From a virus (Duplodnaviria > Caudoviricetes): DNA of 52,333 nt. The DNA lies in the IMG/VR virus record IMGVR_UViG_3300043446_000626, positions 1 through 52,333 of that record; one strand, given 5' to 3'. Of this stretch, positions 24,327 to 32,532 are shown one piece after another. Below the pieces are notes generated by a model. It was not told the origin of the DNA, did not search any database, and worked only from the letters and a program-made list of their open reading frames with translations. Made by a program: the position numbers and the translations under genes. Numbering within the stretch: the first letter of the stretch is position 1; each line of letters begins with the position of its first letter.

Positions 24327-25094
24327 TTATCTCTCCAATCCACTCTTGGCGTACCAGTAGTTCAGGAGAGACTCAAACATGAGCCATCCCCGCTTCAGGT
24401 CTTCTTGTGACCACTCCCTCACTACGACCAGTCCCGGCTCTGTGACCGAGACAAAGACGTTCGCGCATCGAGCATCAGGCAAATCCAACCCAATGCGGTA
24501 GGAAGCCAGTTGCATGAGGTGCTCGTCGAATCCCTGTGCCTTCTCCATTTGGTCACTTGTGAACTCCTTCGTCTTAAAATCGATCACAACGCCATTCCCG
24601 TCGCGGGAATGAAGGTCTACTTTTCCCCCAAATCCGAGGGGGTGACCAAAAGACTTCTCCGTACACCACTCCAGATCGCCAAAAACCTTGACGATCTGAT
24701 CTTCTGTTCCCAGTACGGCTCCAGAAAACTTCGAGGTGACATGACGGGTCTCGAAGAAGGATTCAAGGGCCGCATGGACCTCTGAACCCCTCTCCGCGGC
24801 CATCTTGGCCTGTTCCTTCGAGTCGGACTGAATACGGCTGATGAAGGACTCTTCCGTCTCCTCAGGGGCCCTGGGAAGGGTCAGTGAGGCCAACATCATC
24901 TGCTGCAGTTTCCAAGCCTCCAGGCCCGGAGAAGCCGCACATTTGATGATGGTGGTCACCGAAGGGATCAGGTTCAACTTCCGCGCATCCCGTAGGGTGG
25001 TTGGTCGCTGATACCCGTCCTTGTTCTCGACTGTGTACTTGGGCTCACCCGCCTTGGTGTACCAGTGCTGACTTTCTGATGCTCTGACGATCAT
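24327..25094 (-). CDS. PD-(D/E)XK exonuclease (recombination)
   Basis: PSVTTII, RGSEVH, FGGKVDL, VIDFKTK, QLASY motifs. Confidence 0.85.
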   Translation of the reverse strand: MIVRASESQHWYTKAGEPKYTVENKDGYQRPTTLRDARKLNLIPSVTTIIKCAASPGLEAWKLQQMMLASLTLPRAPEETEESFISRIQSDSKEQAKMAAERGSEVHAALESFFETRHVTSKFSGAVLGTEDQIVKVFGDLEWCTEKSFGHPLGFGGKVDLHSRDGNGVVIDFKTKEFTSDQMEKAQGFDEHLMQLASYRIGLDLPDARCANVFVSVTEPGLVVVREWSQEDLKRGWLMFESLLNYWYAKSGLER

Positions 25095-25106
25095 ATTAAC
25101 TCCAGA

Positions 25107-25766
25107 TCAAAATGGAAGATCTTCAAGATCGTTGTCCATGGACTCAATGCCCTTCTTACCGTTGCCAGATACTCCGGTATTGGCAAGTGCCTTGTACTCA
25201 GGCGAGGACTCGATCTTGGCCTTGAGGCCCTTGGAGAAGGTCTCGAACAGTTCCCAGTCAGGATCTCCAAGACGGAACATCTGCAGTTCGTTATGACCTT
25301 CAGGGAGACCTTGCTTCTTCAGGAAGCCAGGAACCGGAGAGATGCCTGCGACGTTGGCGAAGATCTTTCCATCCTTGTTTCCAGGGCGGTGAAGGATGTT
25401 CAACATACACCACTGGCCCAGGACGTTCTTCAGGTCAAACCGTGCGGCTTCCTTGTCGGTCCAAGGCTGTCCACGCCATGCCTGAAGATCCTTGCGGAGG
25501 GTCGCGGCTTCATTCCACGACAGGGTGTAGTTCTTGAAGACGGCCATGGGCTTGCCTTCTTCCGTCAGGAGAGGGGTGCCGTCGTCTTCTTCCCCGTGGA
25601 CCTCCCACCCGAACATCACCTTACGCTGCATCTTCACTTCACCACCCTCGAACTGGGACGTTTGGGTTCCCAGATCAACGATGCGGTACAGGCGGGCCAG
25701 ATGTGTGCCCGCGGGGACGGTCTTGAACTCACGACCACCACCAGATGCTTCAACGATAAAACTCAT
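25107..25766 (-). CDS. Putative single-stranded DNA-binding protein
   Basis: PAGTHLARLYRIVDLGTQ; acidic C-terminus DNDLEDLPF; adjacent to the exonuclease. Confidence 0.65.
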   Translation of the reverse strand: MSFIVEASGGGREFKTVPAGTHLARLYRIVDLGTQTSQFEGGEVKMQRKVMFGWEVHGEEDDGTPLLTEEGKPMAVFKNYTLSWNEAATLRKDLQAWRGQPWTDKEAARFDLKNVLGQWCMLNILHRPGNKDGKIFANVAGISPVPGFLKKQGLPEGHNELQMFRLGDPDWELFETFSKGLKAKIESSPEYKALANTGVSGNGKKGIESMDNDLEDLPF

Positions 25767-25921
25767 TTCTGTTGCTCCTTAGAGAAAAATTTCTCAGTTA
25801 CTTTCAACACTTCTTCCACACTCAAACCTGCATTACGCAGGGCTTCCTTCAGGCACCACTCTTGGTACTCCTCTTGGGCCTTGGGATCTTTCAACCACTC
25901 TAGGTATTCTTCGTCAGTCAC
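25763..25921 (-). CDS. 52-aa hypothetical protein (absent from ORF track)
   Basis: GTG start, TDEEYLEWLKDPKAQEEYQEWC...; overlaps both neighbours by 4 nt. Confidence 0.6.
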   Translation of the reverse strand: MTDEEYLEWLKDPKAQEEYQEWCLKEALRNAGLSVEEVLKVTEKFFSKEQQK

Positions 25922-26283
25922 GCCGACTCCTTAATCATCTTGGCAATGAAGCCGTAGTAGTTGTGCCGTTCCTCCTTCTTGTGGAGGTCCATCAACATCT
26001 CGCAGATGCGCTCACGCTCGGCAGCAACCGCTTCTGCGATCAGCCGCTTGTTGATGTCCTGCATCCACTCGCGTTCCTTGGCCGCTGCATGGACAGCAAC
26101 AAGGGCGGCGAAGCGTTCCAGTATTTCCACGATTCGCTTGTCGGCATACTCAAGTTCTTGACGGAAGCGTGGCAGCCGGTCAACCACTTCGTGGTCGGTC
26201 AACCCGTCCCAATGCCCCTCGGAGTCATGTGCGTGGTGGATTCCGGCTTCTCGGGCCATGCGGATGATGTCGTCGCGGGTCAT
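25918..26283 (-). CDS. Hypothetical protein
   Basis: MTRDDIIRMAREAG...LERFAALV...AERERI; SD AAGGAG. Confidence 0.7.
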   Translation of the reverse strand: MTRDDIIRMAREAGIHHAHDSEGHWDGLTDHEVVDRLPRFRQELEYADKRIVEILERFAALVAVHAAAKEREWMQDINKRLIAEAVAAERERICEMLMDLHKKEERHNYYGFIAKMIKESA

Positions 26284-26325
26284 GTGCTCTCCTTCAGTCG
26301 TTCGCGCAGGGCGTTGGGTTGTGTG

Positions 26326-26529
26326 TCAGTCATTCTGTTCCTCCTCCCGCAGGGCGTTGATGCAAGCCACCTTTGCATAGGTGATCACTTCCATGATCTT
26401 GCGCCACTCATCACCCGTGAGGGGACGGTTGGTGACGAACGATAGACGAGCCGCTTCGATAGCAGCATCGGATTCTTGGGCAATCATCCGAACGGATGAG
26501 CCCGACATGGTGACTTTCATGTTTCTCAT
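26326..26529 (-). CDS. Hypothetical protein
   Basis: ATGA overlap with upstream gene. Confidence 0.55.
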   Translation of the reverse strand: MRNMKVTMSGSSVRMIAQESDAAIEAARLSFVTNRPLTGDEWRKIMEVITYAKVACINALREEEQND

Positions 26530-26729
26530 TTCGTCACCCACAGAAGAGCCAGAACAAGAGCAGCGCAGACAGCCGCAAGGCTCAGGCAGTAGCCCGGAGT
26601 GACTTCTCGCTTGGGAGACCCGATCAGGGCCGTTTGAAGGCGTTCAGCATCACGGCTGAACTCAACCTTGGGGGAAGGTTCGTGCCGGCATCCGATGAGG
26701 ACTTTGCCGGTGTTGTATGGGTGTTTCAT
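26526..26729 (-). CDS. First leftward early gene; small protein with C-terminal TM
   Basis: PYNTGKVLIG..DAERLQTALI; SD AAGG. Confidence 0.65.
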   Translation of the reverse strand: MKHPYNTGKVLIGCRHEPSPKVEFSRDAERLQTALIGSPKREVTPGYCLSLAAVCAALVLALLWVTK

Positions 26730-26759
26730 CTCAACCTTTCAGTGACCGCCTCTTTGGCG

Positions 26760-26832
26760 TGAAGACAGTGGACCACAACTCAAACATCGTGTCAACATTG
26801 TGTTGTATAAAAAGTTCAAGTAGACTGGAAGG
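26760..26832. promoter_or_regulatory. Divergent PL/PR promoter region with AAC-N5-GT(T/C) boxes
   Basis: Minus strand TTGACA (26790-26795) N17 TCCACT with TG extension; plus strand TTGTGT N17 TAGACT (26821-26826) ending 7 nt before the cro ATG; boxes at 26783 and 26794. Confidence 0.6.
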
Positions 26833-27036
26833 ATGAACCTCAAACAATACTTTGACGAAGAGCCGATCGGAGCGATCAAGGAGATGGCCGAGTACCTGGG
26901 GGTGACTCAGTCTTGGATGTCTCTTTTGATCCACGAGAAGCGCAAGTGCTCTGCAGCCCTGGCCAAGAGGATCGAGGAGGCCACACAAGGGCTTGTGACA
27001 CGCAGGGACTTGCGTCCGGACTTGTTTGGCGATTAA
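26833..27036 (+). CDS. Cro/YdaS-like HTH transcriptional regulator
   Basis: EMAEYLGVTQSWMS HTH; IEEATQGLVTRRDLRPD motif. Confidence 0.85.
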   Translation: MNLKQYFDEEPIGAIKEMAEYLGVTQSWMSLLIHEKRKCSAALAKRIEEATQGLVTRRDLRPDLFGD

Positions 27037-27047
27037 GATGCTCATCA

Positions 27048-27180
27048 GCGCCGTGGAAAGCGCATAAGGTGGGCTTGCAAGTCAGTGTCCTTGGGCGGAC
27101 GGCTTCAGGCCCGATCAAGACCCGCAATGGGTTGGCCCGCCTCGGAATTTCCACCCTGAGGCTGTCCACCCAAGGACAAC
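27048..27180 (+). ncRNA. C4-antisense-like structured RNA upstream of the replication gene
   Basis: About 23-bp stem 27087-27109/27155-27177 with two G-U pairs and one mismatch; TTTCCAC (27148-27154) complementary to GTGGAAA (27053-27059) in an upstream GCGC hairpin loop. Confidence 0.6.
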
Positions 27181-27182
27181 TG

Positions 27183-27935
27183 ATGCACTACTTTCAGTTC
27201 AACATCAAGGACTATCAGTCCCACACAGGTCATCTCGATGACCTTGAGGATCTGGCCTATCGCCGTCTCCTCGACTGGTGCTACCTCCACGAGCGTCCAT
27301 TGCCGGAAGATCCGGCTGAAGTGGCACGCCTGATCAGGATGCGTTCGCATAGCGATTGCATAGCGGCCGTTCTACGGGAGTTCTTCGTCCGTACAGATTC
27401 GGGATGGATCTCTGAACGAGTGCATCGTGAGTTAACCCGCATCAGCGCCAAGTCCAAGAAGGCTAGTGAGAGTGCCAAGGCTAGATGGAACAAGGGCTTA
27501 GATGCGAACGCATCCGAGTCGCATACCGAAGGCAATGCTACCCATAACCCATTACCCATAACCCAAGACCCAATACCCAGTACCCAAGACACAAAACCCA
27601 AGGTTAGAAATACACGCACATCGACTGTCGTCGAGTGCTTCGATGGTGTTGAACCCCAGGTCTGGGAAGACTGGTTGGCCATCAGGAAAGCCAAGAAGTT
27701 GCCGTTGACCAAGACCGCCATGGCTCAAGTTGAGGCCGAGGTTCTCAAGGCGGGCATCTCGATGCAGGAGGCTTTGAAGGAGTGCTGCCTTCGGGGGTGG
27801 GGTGGATTCAAGGCTAGTTGGCTGACCAGGGAAGGAGGCGTGACCCTGAACAAGCAGGAGGCCCTGGAGCGTCGGAACAAGGAAGTCGGCCTGCGTTGGC
27901 TGCAGAACCAAGGAGCGATGAATGAAAGCGAGTGA
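27183..27935 (+). CDS. Replication initiator, YdaU/DUF1376 family (lambda O-like role)
   Basis: MHYFQFNIKDYQSHTGHL..EDLAYRRLLDWCY; C-terminal WEDWLAIRKAKK..RGWGGF; SD AAGGA before ATG 27183. Confidence 0.8.
   Translation: MHYFQFNIKDYQSHTGHLDDLEDLAYRRLLDWCYLHERPLPEDPAEVARLIRMRSHSDCIAAVLREFFVRTDSGWISERVHRELTRISAKSKKASESAKARWNKGLDANASESHTEGNATHNPLPITQDPIPSTQDTKPKVRNTRTSTVVECFDGVEPQVWEDWLAIRKAKKLPLTKTAMAQVEAEVLKAGISMQEALKECCLRGWGGFKASWLTREGGVTLNKQEALERRNKEVGLRWLQNQGAMNESE
27539..27600 (+). repeat. Heptamer iteron-like array (ACCCAnn x about 8), putative replication origin
   Basis: TACCCATAACCCATTACCCATAACCCAAGACCCAATACCCAGTACCCAAGACACAAAACCCA inside the initiator gene. Confidence 0.7.
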
Positions 27936-28458
27936 CAAGCCCCAGTTCATGGAACTGATCACCGATGTCCTGGCCTTCTACAAGCAGGATGTCTCGGATT
28001 TCGCCATCACCGTCTGGTGGCAGGCTTCCCAAAACTTCGAGTTGGAGCAGGTCCGTAAGGCGTTGACGGCTCATGCCATGGACCCGGAGAAGGGCCAGTT
28101 CCCTCCAAAGCCTGCGGATCTGGTTCGGATGCTGCAGGGTACGCATACGGACAGGGCTCTTCTGGCCTGGAATAAGGCTTACAAGGCGATTTCTCAGGTC
28201 GGGGCATACCAGACCCTTGACCTGGGTGATCCGATCGCCCATGCGGCGATTCAAAGCCTCGGAGGATGGCCAAAGTTCTGCCAGTCTCAGGTTGACGAGT
28301 TGCCGTTTCTGCAGAAGCGGTTCTGCGACTTCTATCGCACCTACACGACCCGAGGGGTGGAGGACGCTCCTGCGCGACTGTCTGGGATTTCTGCCACCGA
28401 AAACGGGGCCCGCGGGTTCATTGAATCCAATGTTCAACCTTTGCTGCTGAGGAACTGA
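27922..28458 (+). CDS. Putative helicase loader-like protein (DUF6475-like)
   Basis: Follows the initiator; GQFPPKPADL, LGGWPKFC, PFLQKRF motifs. Confidence 0.6.
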   Translation: MKASDKPQFMELITDVLAFYKQDVSDFAITVWWQASQNFELEQVRKALTAHAMDPEKGQFPPKPADLVRMLQGTHTDRALLAWNKAYKAISQVGAYQTLDLGDPIAHAAIQSLGGWPKFCQSQVDELPFLQKRFCDFYRTYTTRGVEDAPARLSGISATENGARGFIESNVQPLLLRN

Positions 28459-28459
28459 G

Positions 28460-28810
28460 ATGGAAGACGTAATGCACCTGATGTGTGGCGCCAGGGGTTG
28501 CCCCAACCGTTGGAGCATAGACGCCGGAAACGGCCGCTTGTGCTCTAGGCACGCATGGAAACCCGCCAAGGACTGGCCATCCATCACCGAGGACATCAAG
28601 ACCGCTCCTGCCCAGACGATGTCTGCGGTTGAGTACAGGAAGGTCTCTGACGAGGAGAAGTTGGCCATCCTCCGCAAGGTCGAGGAGATGTTCTCTCACT
28701 CCAACCCCAAGCGATGGGCTCATGCCCTCAAGGAGCGGGAAGCCCGCGGGGAGCGGCTCACTCCGTACCAAAGGTCGGCCTGGAAGGAAGCCTTGGGGGT
28801 GAGGGAATGA
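28460..28810 (+). CDS. Hypothetical protein (Cys/His N-terminus)
   Basis: CGARGCP..LCSRH; PKRWAHAL..GERLT.YQ. Confidence 0.65.
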   Translation: MEDVMHLMCGARGCPNRWSIDAGNGRLCSRHAWKPAKDWPSITEDIKTAPAQTMSAVEYRKVSDEEKLAILRKVEEMFSHSNPKRWAHALKEREARGERLTPYQRSAWKEALGVRE

Positions 28811-28813
28811 CCC

Positions 28814-29104
28814 GTGAAGAAGCCAAGAAAGTCCTCAACCAAACCCGTGAAGGGGTCGGAGCCTGGACTGGGGATCAGATTCGAGACGCTCTTACCGCCA
28901 CCGGAGATCTGGGAGCACATGAGGGATTGCGAAGCGAGGCACTGGTTGAAACGCTACCGGGAGATCGCCTGTACCTCGGGTGGAGCGCGGGCTCGACAGT
29001 GGTGGCAGCAAGTCTGCGCAGACATTGAGAAGCGCCGCGGGACTGAGTCCCTGGCGGATCTGAGACGAAGGATGAACGAGCAAAGAAAGGTAACTGAGAA
29101 ATGA
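28814..29104 (+). CDS. Hypothetical protein (start uncertain)
   Basis: RDCEARHWL..IEKRRG..LRRRMNEQ; stop overlaps next ATG. Confidence 0.5.
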   Translation: MKKPRKSSTKPVKGSEPGLGIRFETLLPPPEIWEHMRDCEARHWLKRYREIACTSGGARARQWWQQVCADIEKRRGTESLADLRRRMNEQRKVTEK

Positions 29105-29628
29105 GTCAATTTGAGATGTTCGACAACGAAGGGGCGTGGCTGAAGAAGTTGCGCGGGAACTGGCAAGAGACGATCAAGCGCGAGTCTGCCGTCTGTCCCT
29201 GCTGTGACAGGGTCGGCAGGATCAACAAGTACCGCCTGACCAAGCCTCTGGTCCTGGCCCTTCGTTGGATGATGGTTCACGGCGCCGGAGACGGATGGGT
29301 CAACGTCCAGTCCAAGGCTCCTCGTTGGATGCTGCGAAGCAAGTCCTACCCAAGCCTGGAGTATTGGGGCTTGGTGGAGAGCAAGTCCAGTAGGTCCGGC
29401 ATCTGGAGAGTCACTCCCAAAGGGGTTTCATTCATCACCGGCGGCATGATGGTTCCGTCCGCCGTGTACATCTATGACGCCAAGGTGATGGCCTGGGACG
29501 CGGAGGAGACATCTTTCCGCGGCTGCTTTGAACATTCATTCGACTTTGACGAGATGATGTCCTACAACTTCGACTGGGCATCCCTGGTCATTGAAACCCG
29601 CCACAAGTCCAAAAGGAGCAAAAAATGA
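29101..29628 (+). CDS. Hypothetical protein, CPCC plus winged-helix-like
   Basis: CPCCDR; LEYWGLVE..SGIWRVTPKG. Confidence 0.65.
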   Translation: MSQFEMFDNEGAWLKKLRGNWQETIKRESAVCPCCDRVGRINKYRLTKPLVLALRWMMVHGAGDGWVNVQSKAPRWMLRSKSYPSLEYWGLVESKSSRSGIWRVTPKGVSFITGGMMVPSAVYIYDAKVMAWDAEETSFRGCFEHSFDFDEMMSYNFDWASLVIETRHKSKRSKK

Positions 29629-29912
29629 CAGACCTGACCGACTTCCAGAAGAACTTCCTGCTTGCCCGAGGGGCGGGACAGACCCTCTACACCGAGAAGG
29701 AGTTCGAGGAGCGCCTAGCCCAAGCCAAGGCCGAAATCATGGCCGTGGCCATCCAAACCTCCAGGCAAGCCGTTCAGATTGAACGCCGAGCCTGCGCAGA
29801 ACTCGTTATGAGGCTCGCAAGCGAGGAGGATGAGGGTGAGGTATCAACCGCGCTAAAAAACGCCGCCATGGCCGTTTTAAGGCGGATTCCGGGGCAGTTT
29901 GATGAGGATTGA
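29625..29912 (+). CDS. Hypothetical protein
   Basis: ATGA overlap; ERRACA motif. Confidence 0.65.
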   Translation: MTDLTDFQKNFLLARGAGQTLYTEKEFEERLAQAKAEIMAVAIQTSRQAVQIERRACAELVMRLASEEDEGEVSTALKNAAMAVLRRIPGQFDED

Positions 29913-30252
29913 ACTGGACTTCCCGCCCGCTGACCTGTTTCCGAACCGGGCAAAGGGCAGGCACTGGGCCTTCCTCCATGCTTCAAAGACTCAGTATCGG
30001 GAGAACTCCGCTTGGTTGGCAAAGCACCAGATCCGGGCCTGGAAGGCGCCGGAAGGGGACATCAAGTTGACCTTGACCTTTCAGATGCCGGACAAGCGGA
30101 TGCGGGATGCGGACAACTGTCTTGCTGCGGCCAAGGCTGCCTTGGATGGTCTGGCGGACGCCCTGCAGGTCAATGACCGAAACTTTCAGCCGATCGTGGT
30201 CTACCGGGCACTAGGGACGAAGCCTGGGAAATTGATCGTGGAATTGGAATGA
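29902..30252 (+). CDS. rusA: RusA-like Holliday junction resolvase
   Basis: PDKRMRDADNCLAAAKAALDGLADALQVNDRNF matches the RusA D-x-D-N..K...D motif. Confidence 0.8.
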   Translation: MRIELDFPPADLFPNRAKGRHWAFLHASKTQYRENSAWLAKHQIRAWKAPEGDIKLTLTFQMPDKRMRDADNCLAAAKAALDGLADALQVNDRNFQPIVVYRALGTKPGKLIVELE

Positions 30253-30434
30253 GATGGGAGAACGACGGTATGGAAGAAGTTGGGCAGGTACTGCTGATTC
30301 TTCTGCTGATCTTTGTCGTCCTGATCCCGGCATTCGTCATTTGGCTGCTGTTCAACAGATGAAGTCCGTCCTTGATGCACTTTGTGCGTTGGCGTTTTTA
30401 CAGCAGTGGGATAGAGAGGTAACTGGAGAGAACT

Positions 30435-30779
30435 ATGAGCGACAAGATCATTGACCCCAACGACGCGATCGACTTCATGATCGCCAACGCGAAGAAGTAC
30501 GCCCAGGCAAAGGCCAATAGGGTCTATGTCGAGGAGTACCGCAAGACCATGAAGGCCGAACTCTGCAAGGAGGCTCTCGCCGCAAAAATCGAGGCCGTCA
30601 ACGCCCAGGAGCGTGAGGCATACAGCCACCCCGAATACAAGCAGCATCTCCTGGCCATCAAAGCGGCCGTAGAGGAGGAGGAGCGCCTTCGGTGGCTCCT
30701 GGTGGCGGCACAAGCCAGGATCGATGTCTGGCGTTCCATGGAGGCATCCAACCGCATGATCGAGAAGGCCGCGATGTGA
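30435..30779 (+). CDS. Coiled-coil hypothetical protein
   Basis: QEREAYSHPEY..RIDVWRSMEASNR; SD GGAG. Confidence 0.7.
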   Translation: MSDKIIDPNDAIDFMIANAKKYAQAKANRVYVEEYRKTMKAELCKEALAAKIEAVNAQEREAYSHPEYKQHLLAIKAAVEEEERLRWLLVAAQARIDVWRSMEASNRMIEKAAM

Positions 30780-31840
30780 AGATCTGCGTGTACGCCATTG
30801 CGAAGGACGAGGAGCGTCATGTTGAGAGGTTTTGCAAGTCGGCCGCGGGTGCTGACTTGATCCTGATTGCGGATACGGGAAGTACAGACAGAACGATCGA
30901 ACTGGCCATCGAGGCCGGGGCGGATGTATGTTCCATCTCTGTCATTCCCTGGCGATACGACTTGGCCAGAAACCTTGCACTTGGGCTGATCCCTGGTGAT
31001 GTGGATGTCTGCGTCGCCATGGACATGGACGAGCACCTGTGCGAAGGATGGAGGCAGGAGATCGAAATCCTGTGGGAGCCTGGGACAACTCAGATGACCT
31101 ACCCTTTCACGGTTGGGGGAGGCACTTTCTGGAACAACAAGATCCACTGCCGTTTCGGATTCGTATGGGAGTGGCCCGTTCACGAGTGTCTGGTGCGGGA
31201 CACGAGGATTGAGGCCAAGGAAGTCCGTTGCGATAAGCCCTTGATCCTTCACGACCCAGTACATGAGGCGCCGTTAGACAAGCACTTTTCTATGCTTGAG
31301 TGGGCCTACAACCAATACCCTGAGTCCGGGCGGATGGCGTTTTACTACGCTAGAGACCTCATCAACCTCAACCGATACGACGAGGCCATCCCGGCCCTTC
31401 GCCGATACCTTGACCAGGACCGCCGCAAAAACGCCCCAGAGCGTGCATGGTGTATGCGGATGATGGGTAGGTGCCTGACAGAGCAAAAAAAGCCTACAGA
31501 GGCCCTTTCCTGGTTCCGCATGGCTGTCGATGAGACCCCCAAGGACCGAGACTCCTGGCTTGCCCTGGGCCATGCGTACTTCGGAATGTCTCAATGGGCA
31601 GAGTCCTACGGGGTTTTCAGGGCCGCAACTGCACTTCCAAAACCCGAAGACGGCTTCCATTCCGATCCAACCGTCACTGATGCCTCTGCCTGGGACTGGG
31701 CCGCCCTGGCTGCGTCAAGAGCCGGACTCACTGAAGAGGCGATCAACTGCTGCAGGCGTGCCCTAGAGATCACGCCCGAAGATCAACGTCTGAAGGACAA
31801 CCTGAAAGCATTCACAGATGACCACCATCGCAGAGCGTAA
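30776..31840 (+). CDS. Glycosyltransferase family 2 with C-terminal TPR repeats
   Basis: KICVYAIAKDEE, DTGSTDRT, ARNLAL, DMDE (DxD); TPR-like helices; GTG start overlapping previous stop. Confidence 0.85.
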   Translation: MKICVYAIAKDEERHVERFCKSAAGADLILIADTGSTDRTIELAIEAGADVCSISVIPWRYDLARNLALGLIPGDVDVCVAMDMDEHLCEGWRQEIEILWEPGTTQMTYPFTVGGGTFWNNKIHCRFGFVWEWPVHECLVRDTRIEAKEVRCDKPLILHDPVHEAPLDKHFSMLEWAYNQYPESGRMAFYYARDLINLNRYDEAIPALRRYLDQDRRKNAPERAWCMRMMGRCLTEQKKPTEALSWFRMAVDETPKDRDSWLALGHAYFGMSQWAESYGVFRAATALPKPEDGFHSDPTVTDASAWDWAALAASRAGLTEEAINCCRRALEITPEDQRLKDNLKAFTDDHHRRA

Positions 31841-32111
31841 GTACATGGGAAAGGTGGCGGAACTCGGCTGCTCCGTCTGCAGGAGGATCGGCTATCCCGG
31901 CACGCCCGCGGAACTGCACCACCCTAGATCCGGTGTCGGCATGGCCAGGAGGGCAAGCCACTTCGATGTCATCCCCCTGTGCCCCGAGCACCACAGAGGC
32001 AAGAAAGGCGTCCACGGCCTGGGCACGAAGGGCTTCCCCAAGCACTGGGGCTTCACAGAGCAGGATCTCCTCGAAGACACGAAGAAACTTCTAAACCCGA
32101 CTGATCCATAG
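31818..32111 (+). CDS. Ref-like (RecA-dependent) HNH nuclease
   Basis: GCSVC..AELHH..VIPLCPEHHRG. Confidence 0.75.
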   Translation: MTTIAERKYMGKVAELGCSVCRRIGYPGTPAELHHPRSGVGMARRASHFDVIPLCPEHHRGKKGVHGLGTKGFPKHWGFTEQDLLEDTKKLLNPTDP

Positions 32112-32200
32112 GGTTTATCAGTAGACCTGTGTTTGAACACCATGTTAAAGTTCACACCACTGCAGCACGGTGTTGCAGGGTAAACGAAAGGTAACTGATC
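32109..32200 (+). promoter_or_regulatory. Promoter cassette copy 1
   Basis: AAC-N5-GTT (32136) overlapping TGnTAAAGT; CACTGCA..GCAG hairpin; GGTAACTGA at the RBS. Confidence 0.7.
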
Positions 32201-32494
32201 ATGGACGCAAACAACATCCCTCTCCTGTACGCTGACGAACTGGGCCTGCTCCTGGCGCAGATCGCCGAACTGACGGCCAAGGCTGAGTCAATCAAGAGCG
32301 CGATGAAGGATGTCGCCACCAACGGCGGCGGGTCGGTGTTCGAGGGCAACTACTTCAAGGCTTCGGTGATCGAGGCCAACCGCAAGGTCACGGACTGGAA
32401 GGCTATCGCCAAGGTCTGCAACATCCCCGAGGATGTGATCGTGGCCAACACCACCGTCACGGCCGTGTTCTCGGTCAAGACCACCACTCGCTGA
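32201..32494 (+). CDS. Hypothetical protein
   Basis: DELGLLLAQIAEL..FEGNYFKASV; preceded by the cassette. Confidence 0.75.
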   Translation: MDANNIPLLYADELGLLLAQIAELTAKAESIKSAMKDVATNGGGSVFEGNYFKASVIEANRKVTDWKAIAKVCNIPEDVIVANTTVTAVFSVKTTTR

Positions 32495-32532
32495 TCAACC
32501 AGGGGCTTCGGCCCCCTCCTCAGGAGACAGCC

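Noticed and set aside
26913-27182. N-terminal extension of the replication initiator in the ORF track
   Set aside because: Overlaps cro and the structured RNA; the family-like N-terminus MHYFQFNIKDY and an SD point to ATG 27183
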